This document shows, in pieces, positions 34,923 through 42,603 of a stretch of DNA of 55,285 bases. Origin of the DNA: an uncultured Candidatus Saccharibacteria bacterium (GTDB lineage: Bacteria; Patescibacteriota; Minisyncoccia; Phycocordibacterales; UBA9973); NCBI GenBank assembly GCA_964498035.1, contig CAZCFW010000001.1, positions 1 through 55,285 of the forward strand, given 5' to 3'. The translations under genes and the position numbers were made by a program. The notes under the pieces are model-generated. The model searched no databases. It had not been told where the DNA came from and saw only the letters and a program-made list of their open reading frames with translations. Within the stretch, counting starts at the first letter, position 1, and each line of letters starts with the position of its first letter.

Positions 34923-35849
34923 TTAATGCACATCTTTGTGCTCACCACCCTCTTCTTCATGATGCTCATCATCATGATCTTGTGATGCTATTGTGTAGTA
35001 CACAAGAGTAAGGATGGCGAAAATGAATGCTTGAATTACTCCGACGAATACTTCAAGTAAAAGGAATGGTGTCGGCAGTACATATGCAAGAAGTGCTCCC
35101 ATAGATGCAAGGAGAACTTCTCCTGCAAATACGTTTCCAAAAAGACGGAATGAAAGTGATGCAATCTTTGCGAATTCTCCGATAAGCTCAAGTGCACTTA
35201 CGAAAACCATTATTGGAGCAGTCATTATGACCATTGGATCTTTACGAATCTTGGTAAAAATCTCTCCAAGTGCCTTCAGATTAACATATTTGTTGAAAGT
35301 TTTCCAGAGACCGATAGTAAAGACTCCAAACAGATTTGCTCCAAGTACGGAAAGTATGGCGAGTGGTAATGTGCCGTTGATGTCTGCTGTTCCAGAGCGG
35401 ATTAGAGGAATGAAAGCTTTGCCGTGATCGGTCATTTCTATTAGGCCGAATCCTCCGAGCGGTAGTATTCCAAGCCAGTTGTTTAAGAGAACTATGAAGA
35501 ATACAGAGAAAACTATCGGGAAAGCTTTGTTTGTGATTACCCTACTCTGTGTGACCTGGTCGCAAAGTGAGAGTGCCCCATCAATAACTAGTTCAAAAAG
35601 ATTTTGAATCCCCTTCGGAATTTTTTTGATTGAAAGCCTGACTGCGAGTGCGATTATAAAAATAATAACGACGACTATCCAGCTAGTGAAAAGTGCGTTT
35701 GTGATTGTGAAATTGCCTATGTGAGCTATAGGCTCTGCGTATAGAGTGGATTCATGTGATACTTCATCATTTGCGTGCTCTGTAGCCGCAATGGGTGCTC
35801 CGTTTACTAGTTCTGTATTAATCTCATTGTGTGTTGTTTCTTGTGTCAT
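34923..35849 (-). CDS. atpB: F0F1 ATP synthase subunit a, with His/Asp/Glu-rich C-terminal tail
   Basis: SLSFRLFGNVFAGEVLL carries the essential Arg motif. The tail is QDHDDEHHEEEGGEHKDVH. Confidence 0.9.
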   Translation of the reverse strand: MTQETTHNEINTELVNGAPIAATEHANDEVSHESTLYAEPIAHIGNFTITNALFTSWIVVVIIFIIALAVRLSIKKIPKGIQNLFELVIDGALSLCDQVTQSRVITNKAFPIVFSVFFIVLLNNWLGILPLGGFGLIEMTDHGKAFIPLIRSGTADINGTLPLAILSVLGANLFGVFTIGLWKTFNKYVNLKALGEIFTKIRKDPMVIMTAPIMVFVSALELIGEFAKIASLSFRLFGNVFAGEVLLASMGALLAYVLPTPFLLLEVFVGVIQAFIFAILTLVYYTIASQDHDDEHHEEEGGEHKDVH

Positions 35850-36123
35850 ATGTTGTGTCTATTGTATTTTTCTTTTTATTTTTGCTTTCCTCTTCAATTT
35901 TGCGGACGTATCTGACTGCAATTTTGCTTATTCCTATCATCGATACGATGAATGCGAGTGCGATGGTAATGATGAATATCCAGGGTTCTGTATCGTATTT
36001 ATCATCAAAATATTTACCCACGTAGAGTGCGATGATTACGGGGACAGCTATCCATCCGGACATCTGTACGAATAGCACCGCTCCCGGTTTCCACCATGCT
36101 TGTTTTATATCTGTATCATTCAT
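35824..36123 (-). CDS. AtpZ/AtpI-like small membrane protein
   Basis: Start taken at ATG 36123 (MNDTDIKQAWWKPG...). Two TM helices, located upstream of atpB and overlapping it by 26 nt. The longer ORF-track start runs into the tRNA region. Confidence 0.55.
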   Translation of the reverse strand: MNDTDIKQAWWKPGAVLFVQMSGWIAVPVIIALYVGKYFDDKYDTEPWIFIITIALAFIVSMIGISKIAVRYVRKIEEESKNKKKNTIDTTYDTRNNTQ

Positions 36124-36145
36124 AAAAAGAATTGGCCGAAAGGCC

Positions 36146-36185
36146 TGGTGAGTGTGGATGGAATCGGACCATCGACCTCTGTCTT
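36146..36185 (-). other. tRNA-Ile 3' half (positions 38-73 plus encoded CCA), outer copy
   Basis: 36147-36185 is identical to 36230-36268 (39 nt). It is followed on the minus strand by GGCC-TTTC-GGCC and a T-run. Confidence 0.85.
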
Positions 36186-36231
36186 TTAAATGGCAGCGAG
36201 TTGGAAAATGAAAATAGGCTACCGCTCTCGG
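36186..36231. repeat. Inverted-repeat arm flanking the inner tRNA (3' side in tRNA sense)
   Basis: TTAAATGG...GTTGGAAAATGAAAATAG...CTCTC is the reverse complement of blocks in 36304-36361 (6 + 16 + 5 matching nt). Confidence 0.8.
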
Positions 36232-36303
36232 TGAGTGTGGATGGAATCGGACCATCGACCTCTGTCTTATCAGGACAGCGTTCTACCACTGAACTACACA
36301 CTC
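36232..36303 (-). tRNA. tRNA-Ile (anticodon GAU), complete inner copy
   Basis: Hand-folded as GAGTGTG-TA-GTTC-AGTGGTA-GAAC-G-CTGTC-CTGATAA-GACAG-AGGTC-GATGG-TCCGATT-CCATC-CACACTC-A. All four stems are Watson-Crick. The 3' flank is CCG, so CCA is not fully encoded. Confidence 0.8.
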
Positions 36304-36361
36304 ACGGAGAGAATTAACAGCTATTTTCATTTTCAACGAGCGAACCATTTATATCGTTAGA
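36304..36361. repeat. Inverted-repeat arm flanking the inner tRNA (5' side in tRNA sense)
   Basis: GGAGAG...CTATTTTCATTTTCAAC...CCATTTAT is complementary to 36186-36231. Confidence 0.8.
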
Positions 36362-36397
36362 TATCAGGACAGCGTTCTACCACTGAACTACACACTC
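36362..36397 (-). other. tRNA-Ile 5' half (positions 1-37), outer copy
   Basis: 36362-36398 is identical to 36268-36304 (37 nt). It ends right after the anticodon loop sequence CTGATA. Confidence 0.85.
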
Positions 36398-36454
36398 ATA
36401 AATTTAAAAACAACTACATACTCAATACGCCTATCTACATGCCTAGGCACCTAA

Positions 36455-36483
36455 AATATAGCAGAAATAATAGCTTTGTGCAA
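36455..36483 (-). promoter_or_regulatory. Promoter TTGCAC-17-TATATT (minus strand) upstream of the tRNA cluster
   Basis: Found in the reverse complement of 36455-36483. It leaves a ~50-nt leader before the outer 5' half. Confidence 0.45.
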
Positions 36484-36520
36484 TAAAATTGCCCTGCAGT
36501 ATAATGCTAGGGCAATTAAT

Positions 36521-37240
36521 TTAAAATCTAAAACTTTTATGAGATTCAATAAAGGCATATTGAAAGCCAGTATAAAAATCCCACTTCCCTTCATGAACCT
36601 GTCCGGTTCCGATCATGAATACCGAATGATGAAGTTTTGTCGGTTCAAAACCTAATTGGAAGAAGTGAAAATCATACCCATTCCGTATCCTACCCATACT
36701 TTGGACTACCAAAGCAAGATTTTTATTGATCTTAATAGGATTACTCAAAAAATTATAACTTACTTCAGTTTTGCGAAGCTTATGCTCAGCATTTCCAAAT
36801 AAGCTATAATTTACTCCCACGGATGCAATATGAAACCAGTTTGAGCACGGTTTTAAATCTTCAAGATAAAGTTTAAACCCAGTCTGGAAGTGATTTTTAC
36901 TGTACTCGGTTCCAAATAGATCATTCTCGAAACTTGCTGTTAGGTGTAGAGGCCCATACAATTTAGGGTCTAGTGAAATAGTGTAAGCGTATTCCTTGTT
37001 TGAGAAATTATATTCCCCAAAGAAATAACTTTTTAAAAAGGAATTTTTACCTAATTCTAGTAAGTAGTTTCCACTACTTATGATGTCATTCTCTTTTGGA
37101 GCCCATTGGGCTTCTACTTCGAGCGCTTGGAATTTAAATCTACGAGAATGATAGTTTAGAGAGTCTTGAGCAACTGCTCTACAACTAATAAAGATAAACG
37201 CATATAATAGCGTTGAACTGGATAGTATTTGCTTTGCCAT
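36521..37240 (-). CDS. Secreted beta-barrel-like protein (outer-membrane-protein-like), 239 aa
   Basis: Signal peptide (LLYAFIFISCRAVAQD), alternating aromatic/polar pattern throughout, and a C-terminal aromatic ...SFRF typical of OMP beta-signals. Confidence 0.45.
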   Translation of the reverse strand: MAKQILSSSTLLYAFIFISCRAVAQDSLNYHSRRFKFQALEVEAQWAPKENDIISSGNYLLELGKNSFLKSYFFGEYNFSNKEYAYTISLDPKLYGPLHLTASFENDLFGTEYSKNHFQTGFKLYLEDLKPCSNWFHIASVGVNYSLFGNAEHKLRKTEVSYNFLSNPIKINKNLALVVQSMGRIRNGYDFHFFQLGFEPTKLHHSVFMIGTGQVHEGKWDFYTGFQYAFIESHKSFRF

Positions 37241-37388
37241 AATAAAAGAAATCAGGAGTTTAAAAATTAGTTTGGGACGTTGTTACAAAAACCAATTTCT
37301 GGTTGCTGTGACCAAGTCCCAAACTTATATAATCAACTCTCAATATTTGCTTATAGTATACACTTTTATATCGTCATGTCAAAACAAC

Positions 37389-37418
37389 AAAAAAGCCCTG
37401 CATTTGCAGGACTTTTTT
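37389..37418. terminator. Bidirectional hairpin terminator downstream of the RRM gene
   Basis: AAAAAAGCCCTGCA-TT-TGCAGGACTTTTTT. Confidence 0.6.
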
Positions 37419-37435
37419 GAAATAATACGAGAGTA

Positions 37436-37723
37436 TTATCTGTCTCCACGGAAACCACCGTTTGATGGGCGAGCTTCCATTGGGCGAGCCTCGTTCACTG
37501 TAAGGTTACGACCTTCGTAATCCTTTCCGTTAAACATTGAGATTGCAGAATCTGCGTCGCCATCATTTGTCATTTCAACGAATCCGAAGCCTTTTGATCG
37601 GCCTGTCATCTTATCCATGATAATAGTAGCACTACTCACAGCACCTGCACCCTCGAATAAGCTTTTAAGCTCATCGTTAGTAGTCTTGTAAGGAAGACCA
37701 CCAACATACAATTTCTTTGCCAT
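37436..37723 (-). CDS. RRM-type RNA-binding protein with Gly/Arg tail
   Basis: RNP-2 LYVGGL and RNP-1 KGFGFVEM motifs. Confidence 0.9.
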   Translation of the reverse strand: MAKKLYVGGLPYKTTNDELKSLFEGAGAVSSATIIMDKMTGRSKGFGFVEMTNDGDADSAISMFNGKDYEGRNLTVNEARPMEARPSNGGFRGDR

Positions 37724-37922
37724 AATGACAATGTACTTCTCCGAATTGTACTTGCATACAAATCTTTGAAGGAAACTAATTTATAAATGTAATCGCATAT
37801 GCCGATTTTCATTTACATACTTTATGTTTAACACAGCGAAGTATGAAACAAATACCAAAACCTAAGCTAACTACTGGTCGCAAGTATACCACAAAACACT
37901 ATTTAGTGGCAAGTTCATAACA

Positions 37923-37952
37923 TTGACAGTATGTCATTTTTTATGTTAAAGT
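37923..37952 (+). promoter_or_regulatory. Promoter TTGACA-18-TGtTAAAGT
   Basis: Perfect -35 and extended -10-like box upstream of 37977. Confidence 0.45.
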
Positions 37953-37976
37953 AATAAAAATTTAAATTACTTCGCA

Positions 37977-38825
37977 ATGAACCTCAAAAAAAATTTCTTA
38001 ACGATTTTGGTATTATTAGGTATGTTCTTACCTGTTGTTTACGTATTTAAATACGAAAATGATAAAAAGAAAGAAATTAGTATTACTCATCCCTCTGCGA
38101 GCGACCCGCATGCTCACCCTTCTGTTACTATTGTGTACCACACACAAATCCCTGATAGTCTAAAAGCAGTGCTCAAAAGCGTCGTTATGGATTATCATAA
38201 TAAATATATTCTGTACGACACGCTATGGGTCAGTGATACTTCAATTTCTGAAACTCATAGTGGAGACACTATGATAAGTACTATCTTAGCTATAGGGAAA
38301 CCTAGAGAAATTTGTCTTAATAAAGTTGCTCTGAAAACGACTTGGTTAGAAAAATTTAAGTACACTATTGCACATGAATTATTTCATACCCTAAAAAGTA
38401 AGGTCCCAGCAACAGTTACCCCATACTACGTGGACAAAAATACTTCAATCGTTTCTTATTCAGGATTAAACTTAGGTTCAAATTCAGACTTTTCAAAACA
38501 CTTTACAATGATTGAAGAGGCTGGAGCTGAAGCATGTGCCTATGCATTGTATCGAGGTTACAAATCTAAAAACCCTCAATATTACAATGTGGGAGACCTG
38601 ATGTTAACCATGTTAGATAGTAATTGGATCACACCAATTGATCTAATTAATGCTACAAGGACAAGTAATCCTATAAAGTTGTTTGGTCTAATATTAAACA
38701 GAAGTGAGAAAGAGGTAGAAGTGGCAGACGTCGTAGGAATGATGGATATATTTAATTTGGCATGGAATAATCAAATATTTAGTCATAGATTACAAGCCAT
38801 TAGTATGTATAGAAATCATAAATAA
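37977..38825 (+). CDS. Secreted/anchored HExxH protein (putative zinc metallopeptidase), paralog 1
   Basis: N-terminal hydrophobic segment, IAHELFHTL (HExxH), SYSGLN and IEEAGAEACAYALY. It shares all these blocks with 39028-39837. Confidence 0.5.
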   Translation: MNLKKNFLTILVLLGMFLPVVYVFKYENDKKKEISITHPSASDPHAHPSVTIVYHTQIPDSLKAVLKSVVMDYHNKYILYDTLWVSDTSISETHSGDTMISTILAIGKPREICLNKVALKTTWLEKFKYTIAHELFHTLKSKVPATVTPYYVDKNTSIVSYSGLNLGSNSDFSKHFTMIEEAGAEACAYALYRGYKSKNPQYYNVGDLMLTMLDSNWITPIDLINATRTSNPIKLFGLILNRSEKEVEVADVVGMMDIFNLAWNNQIFSHRLQAISMYRNHK

Positions 38826-38833
38826 AATTTAAG

Positions 38834-38868
38834 TTGCCCGGGAAGTTGTCTTCCAGGGCAATTTTTTT
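38834..38868 (+). terminator. Rho-independent terminator, repeat copy 1
   Basis: TTGCCCGGGAAG-TTGT-CTTCCAGGGCAA followed by T7. Near-identical to 39839-39875. Confidence 0.75.
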
Positions 38869-38896
38869 ATATGTACCAGTCGGACTGGTGCATAGG

Positions 38897-38926
38897 TTGA
38901 CATATAGGCACTTTAGATGTTACAGT
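38897..38926 (+). promoter_or_regulatory. Promoter TTGACA-18-TGtTACAGT
   Basis: Perfect -35 and extended -10-like box. It leaves a ~95-nt leader before ATG 39028. Confidence 0.5.
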
Positions 38927-38970
38927 ATTAAAAATTTTCATTGAAATACATTCATTCAAGGTTGTGGAAT

Positions 38971-39018
38971 TAGTTGGTTTTGTAGAGTTGATTCCTGTCA
39001 TTTCTACAAAACCAACTA
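38971..39018 (+). promoter_or_regulatory. Perfect 16-bp hairpin in the 5' leader of paralog 2
   Basis: TAGTTGGTTTTGTAGA (38971-38986) pairs with TCTACAAAACCAACTA (39003-39018) around a 16-nt loop. It ends 9 nt before the ATG and has no U-tract. Confidence 0.6.
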
Positions 39019-39027
39019 GCCCTCATT

Positions 39028-39837
39028 ATGATAAAAAATCCCCTAATCACTATACTGGTACTGTTTTGTATTAGTTTAGTAGTCACTACTTGTGGCAACA
39101 AAAGCAAGATTAAAGAAACAAAAAATGTTTCTACTCCTACGAACAATAATTCTCTATCAAATAGAGTTGTTATTGTGTACAATGCAATACTCCCAGATAG
39201 TTTTAAGTTTGTTCTAGAAAAAACTGTTAATGATTATGATTTTAAGTATAAACTAAGAGATACTTTGTTTATAAATGATACAATCATTCAGCCTACAAAG
39301 ATTCCTGGTGGGCATATTGAAATAATTAGAGCTATAGGTATACCTCGAAATATTTACATAAACAGAAAAGGACTAACTAGATTATTCAATAAGTTACATT
39401 TTAGAAATGTTGTTGCGCATGAGCTATTTCATACTCTAAGGCCTGAGAATCCTACTGATATCTTACCATTTAATTTTCGAGAAAATATTTCAGTAGTATC
39501 ATACTCAGGTCTTATTATAAACATGAAATCTGACTCGAACTCCACAAATATTAATAGCTTCATCTTTACAAAAATTGAAGAGGCTGCTGCTGAATATTGT
39601 GCCTATGCTCTTTACGATGACTTTTCTCACAATCATGATGGTTATAATAATGTTTGTAATTTAATGATTAAAATTGTGAACGTGACAAAACTTACATCAA
39701 TGGATTTGACAGAGTGTACGAAGACGAATAATTTACCAAAGATATGTCGTCTTATGCTAAATAAAAAAGAGATTAATAACTCAAATATAATTAGAGTTGC
39801 AGCAAAATTTGATTATGTTTGGGAAAAAGGAATTTAA
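39028..39837 (+). CDS. Putative lipoprotein with HExxH motif (putative zinc metallopeptidase), paralog 2
   Basis: Lipobox-like LVVTTC, VAHELFHTL, SYSGLI and IEEAAAEYCAYALY. Confidence 0.5.
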   Translation: MIKNPLITILVLFCISLVVTTCGNKSKIKETKNVSTPTNNNSLSNRVVIVYNAILPDSFKFVLEKTVNDYDFKYKLRDTLFINDTIIQPTKIPGGHIEIIRAIGIPRNIYINRKGLTRLFNKLHFRNVVAHELFHTLRPENPTDILPFNFRENISVVSYSGLIINMKSDSNSTNINSFIFTKIEEAAAEYCAYALYDDFSHNHDGYNNVCNLMIKIVNVTKLTSMDLTECTKTNNLPKICRLMLNKKEINNSNIIRVAAKFDYVWEKGI

Positions 39838-39838
39838 G

Positions 39839-39875
39839 TTGCCCGGGAAGTTGTCTTCCAAGGCAATTTTTTTTT
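39839..39875 (+). terminator. Rho-independent terminator, repeat copy 2
   Basis: TTGCCCGGGAAG-TTGT-CTTCCAAGGCAA followed by T9. Confidence 0.75.
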
Positions 39876-39883
39876 AAATAAAT

Positions 39884-40858
39884 TTATTCTTCGTCTTCTG
39901 CTTCTCCTACCACACCAGAAGACATTGCTTCTAGAATTTTATCGATTTTTCCAGACATAATTCCTGGGATGTTGGACCAAGATTGGCGGATGCGGTGATC
40001 TGTGACGCGGTCTTGTGGAAAGTTGTATGTGCGAATTTTCTCACTTCTATCCCCTGTTCCGATTTGGCCTTTGCGGTCTGCAGAATATTTCTTGGCCTCT
40101 TCTTCATCTTTTAAGACTTGAAGTTTTGCCATAAGGATAATCATAGCTTGCTCGCGGTTCCCAAGCTGATTTCTCTCTGTAGTACAGCGCACATCGATGC
40201 CTGTAGGCTTGTGGATCAAGCGTACTGCAGTCTCCACTTTGTTCACATTCTGTCCGCCCGCACCTCCTGCACGAGAATACTCCATATCGATGTCTGATGG
40301 GTTGATCTCAATTTTAGATTTCTTGCGTAGTGGAAGGATGGCCACTGATGCAGTGGAAGTGTGAATACGCCCATTCTTTTCTGTAGCTGGAACTCTCTGA
40401 ACTCTATGCACTCCAGTCTCGTATCTTAGGAGCTTATATACATCTTTACCTCGTATTTCAAAAGAAGCTTCTTTGTACCCACCTACTTCATTCATAGATT
40501 CGTTTAGTGCCTTCGAAGACCAGCCTCGAGACTCAGCATAGAGCTCATACATATGTGCGAGTTCGTATGCAAAGAGTGATGCTTCGTCTCCTCCTGCACC
40601 TGCACGAACTTCAAGGATGATTTCATTTGGGAATTCTTCTTCCTCGCGTTCAGACTTTTGCATTTCTTCAATCTGTCTTTCAAGTCCTTCTTTTTGAAAA
40701 GTTATATTTTGAAGTTCTTCCACAGCAAGTTCTTTCATACTTTCATCTTCTGCCACCATATCATTAATCTTCTTTTCCTCAGCCAAAAGACGCTCGTATT
40801 CATTTGCGAGGTAGCTTGTCTTGTGATTCTTTTTTAATTCTTCTAGATCGAAGTTCAT
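39884..40858 (-). CDS. prfA: Peptide chain release factor 1 (short N-terminus, 324 aa)
   Basis: The PAT tripeptide (RVPATE) marks RF1, and the GGQ motif is present in [18 protein letters not shown]. Confidence 0.9.
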   Translation of the reverse strand: MNFDLEELKKNHKTSYLANEYERLLAEEKKINDMVAEDESMKELAVEELQNITFQKEGLERQIEEMQKSEREEEEFPNEIILEVRAGAGGDEASLFAYELAHMYELYAESRGWSSKALNESMNEVGGYKEASFEIRGKDVYKLLRYETGVHRVQRVPATEKNGRIHTSTASVAILPLRKKSKIEINPSDIDMEYSRAGGAGGQNVNKVETAVRLIHKPTGIDVRCTTERNQLGNREQAMIILMAKLQVLKDEEEAKKYSADRKGQIGTGDRSEKIRTYNFPQDRVTDHRIRQSWSNIPGIMSGKIDKILEAMSSGVVGEAEDEE

Positions 40859-40866
40859 ATATATTT

Positions 40867-40875
40867 ATTATAGCA
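40867..40875 (-). promoter_or_regulatory. Extended -10 box TGCTATAAT (minus), 8 nt upstream of ATG 40858
   Basis: Reverse complement of ATTATAGCA. Confidence 0.55.
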
Positions 40876-40919
40876 CCCAAAAGAAAAATCGCCCTGAAAG
40901 AGCGATTTTTCTAGAGTAT

Positions 40920-41138
40920 TTATTTCTTTGTTTTAGTACCTGCTGCAGCGCGCTTCTTGAAGCGGTCCACACGTCCTGCTGTGTCGAGAACCTTTTCGTT
41001 ACCAGTATAGAATGGGTGGCACTGACTGCAGATTTCCACAGCTATTTCATTCATAGTTGAGCCCACAGTAAATGTCGCTCCACATGCGCAAGTGACAGCT
41101 GAGGCTAAGTTGTATTTTGGGTGTATTTCTTTCTTCAT
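40920..41138 (-). CDS. rpmE: 50S ribosomal protein L31
   Basis: MKKEIHPKY......C.CG..F...ST......EICS.CHPFYTG is canonical L31. Confidence 0.9.
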   Translation of the reverse strand: MKKEIHPKYNLASAVTCACGATFTVGSTMNEIAVEICSQCHPFYTGNEKVLDTAGRVDRFKKRAAAGTKTKK

Positions 41139-41145
41139 AAAAGCT

Positions 41146-41154
41146 ATATTAGCA
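41146..41154 (-). promoter_or_regulatory. Extended -10 box TGCTAATAT (minus), 7 nt upstream of ATG 41138
   Basis: Reverse complement of ATATTAGCA. Confidence 0.5.
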
Positions 41155-41162
41155 CAGGTTTA

Positions 41163-42515
41163 TTAGTTTTGCAACGGGTCTAGCATGGTGGTCTGGATCT
41201 TGGTTGCTTTCGCCATTACCTGCTTTCCGTATGCACAAGCAGTGCCTCCAGTACCATAGTACTTGCAAGCAGCCTTTATTTCCGCAGTATAGCTACCATT
41301 CACCCCTCCAAGTTCCTTTAGGAATAAGGCTGAAGCCATAAATGCATCTGGTGCATTCCAAGGATCAGGATTGGTCTTTCCAAGTGCTAGAGCAATCTTC
41401 TTTTTCATACCCATCCATGTGGAAGGTATGAATTGTGCAGGTCCCATGGCTCCACCCCAGCTTGAAGTACCAGCTGAAGCTATCGGGCAGGACACTAGAG
41501 TTTTGTAAGGATCGCGCCCAGCACCTGTGGTGATCTCTATAAATGGGATTACGTCACGACTTGGCTTCATAACATTTGGGAAAGTTTTACCACTTCGAGA
41601 ACTCACACCCGCACCAGTTGATTGGTCTGTAAGATAGCAAGAACCTTGGTCAGTCCCCAAGTTACTTTCTTGAGTAATAATTGCAAGTATGAAAGCCACA
41701 CGTACGCCAGTCACCTTGCTTGCAGCATTCGCATAGTCGAGTGCGCGTCCGAATGGAATGGCACCAGTATCACGGAGGTTGAAGAGTACAGCAAGAATTT
41801 CTGCGCGTCGCTTCGCTTTCTCGGCTAGAAGTTTGTTGTATTCAGATTCTTTACTCTTACTAATAGAGAGAAGTTGCTGTTTATCTTTTTCATTACTCTC
41901 AACTTTTTTCTTTTCGTTCTCGAGTGCTACCTTCACATCTATCGCTTGATTTTTCTTTTCTTCGAGTGCCTTCTTCTCAGCTTCAGTCTGCGTACGATTC
42001 CCTCTTATTTCATCGACAGATTTCTTTATCGCACCCTTAAGTGAATTGAAATTATCCACATCACTATACGTGTCGGACAATTTATCGCGTGAAAGAAGTA
42101 GTGATACCATGGAAATCTCATCTATCTCCCGATTCTTTCTGAGTAATTGAGAAAGTGATTCTTTCTCGAGCTCAATCCTTTCTGTAAGTGTTTGAATTTT
42201 GCTATTTTTCTGAGTTATTTCACCACCAAGTTTCGTAATTTGTAGGTTCTTAGATTTAATATCTAGTTTAGATTTTGAAATTTGTGTTGTAAGTATGGCT
42301 ATGTCTCTAGACAGTGATGTGGACTGTCCTTTTTGCTGAGTAAGCTCCTTTTGCTTTTGAGCTATCTCTTGCTCAAGTGCGGACAGTTCGGATTCCAATT
42401 TCGCTTTCTCTGCTTGAGCATTATCTAGCTCCACGCTCGCAAAAGAAATATGTGTGCTAGAAAGTAGCATACATAAAATCAAAATTCCGGTTATAAAATT
42501 ATTCTTTAAACGCAT
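41163..42515 (-). CDS. Secreted coiled-coil protein with C-terminal lytic transglycosylase (MltB/SLT-2-like) domain
   Basis: Signal peptide and ~230 aa of heptad-rich sequence, followed by ILAIITQESNLG (catalytic Glu context) and GAMGPAQFIPSTW. Confidence 0.7.
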   Translation of the reverse strand: MRLKNNFITGILILCMLLSSTHISFASVELDNAQAEKAKLESELSALEQEIAQKQKELTQQKGQSTSLSRDIAILTTQISKSKLDIKSKNLQITKLGGEITQKNSKIQTLTERIELEKESLSQLLRKNREIDEISMVSLLLSRDKLSDTYSDVDNFNSLKGAIKKSVDEIRGNRTQTEAEKKALEEKKNQAIDVKVALENEKKKVESNEKDKQQLLSISKSKESEYNKLLAEKAKRRAEILAVLFNLRDTGAIPFGRALDYANAASKVTGVRVAFILAIITQESNLGTDQGSCYLTDQSTGAGVSSRSGKTFPNVMKPSRDVIPFIEITTGAGRDPYKTLVSCPIASAGTSSWGGAMGPAQFIPSTWMGMKKKIALALGKTNPDPWNAPDAFMASALFLKELGGVNGSYTAEIKAACKYYGTGGTACAYGKQVMAKATKIQTTMLDPLQN

Positions 42516-42521
42516 TCACTT

Positions 42522-42530
42522 ATTATAGCA
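42522..42530 (-). promoter_or_regulatory. Extended -10 box TGCTATAAT (minus), 6 nt upstream of ATG 42515
   Basis: Reverse complement of ATTATAGCA. Confidence 0.55.
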
Positions 42531-42603
42531 TAAGAAAACCCATACAGAATGTGTATGGGTTTAATTTCCCTCTTGGGGGGGTAGACGAAGTCGGGGTAGA
42601 AAA

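Noticed and set aside
36116-36317. ORFs 36116-36301 (-), 36132-36317 (+) and the long form of 35824-36255 (-) across the tRNA region
   Set aside because: They are read through tRNA-derived repeats. Their translations repeat (…RFHPHSP…) simply because the DNA is duplicated.
36400-39880. Classical tRNA-integrated genomic island
   Set aside because: There is no integrase, and the partial tRNA copies flank the tRNA itself rather than the 3.4-kb block. I keep it only as an alternative explanation within the tRNA finding.
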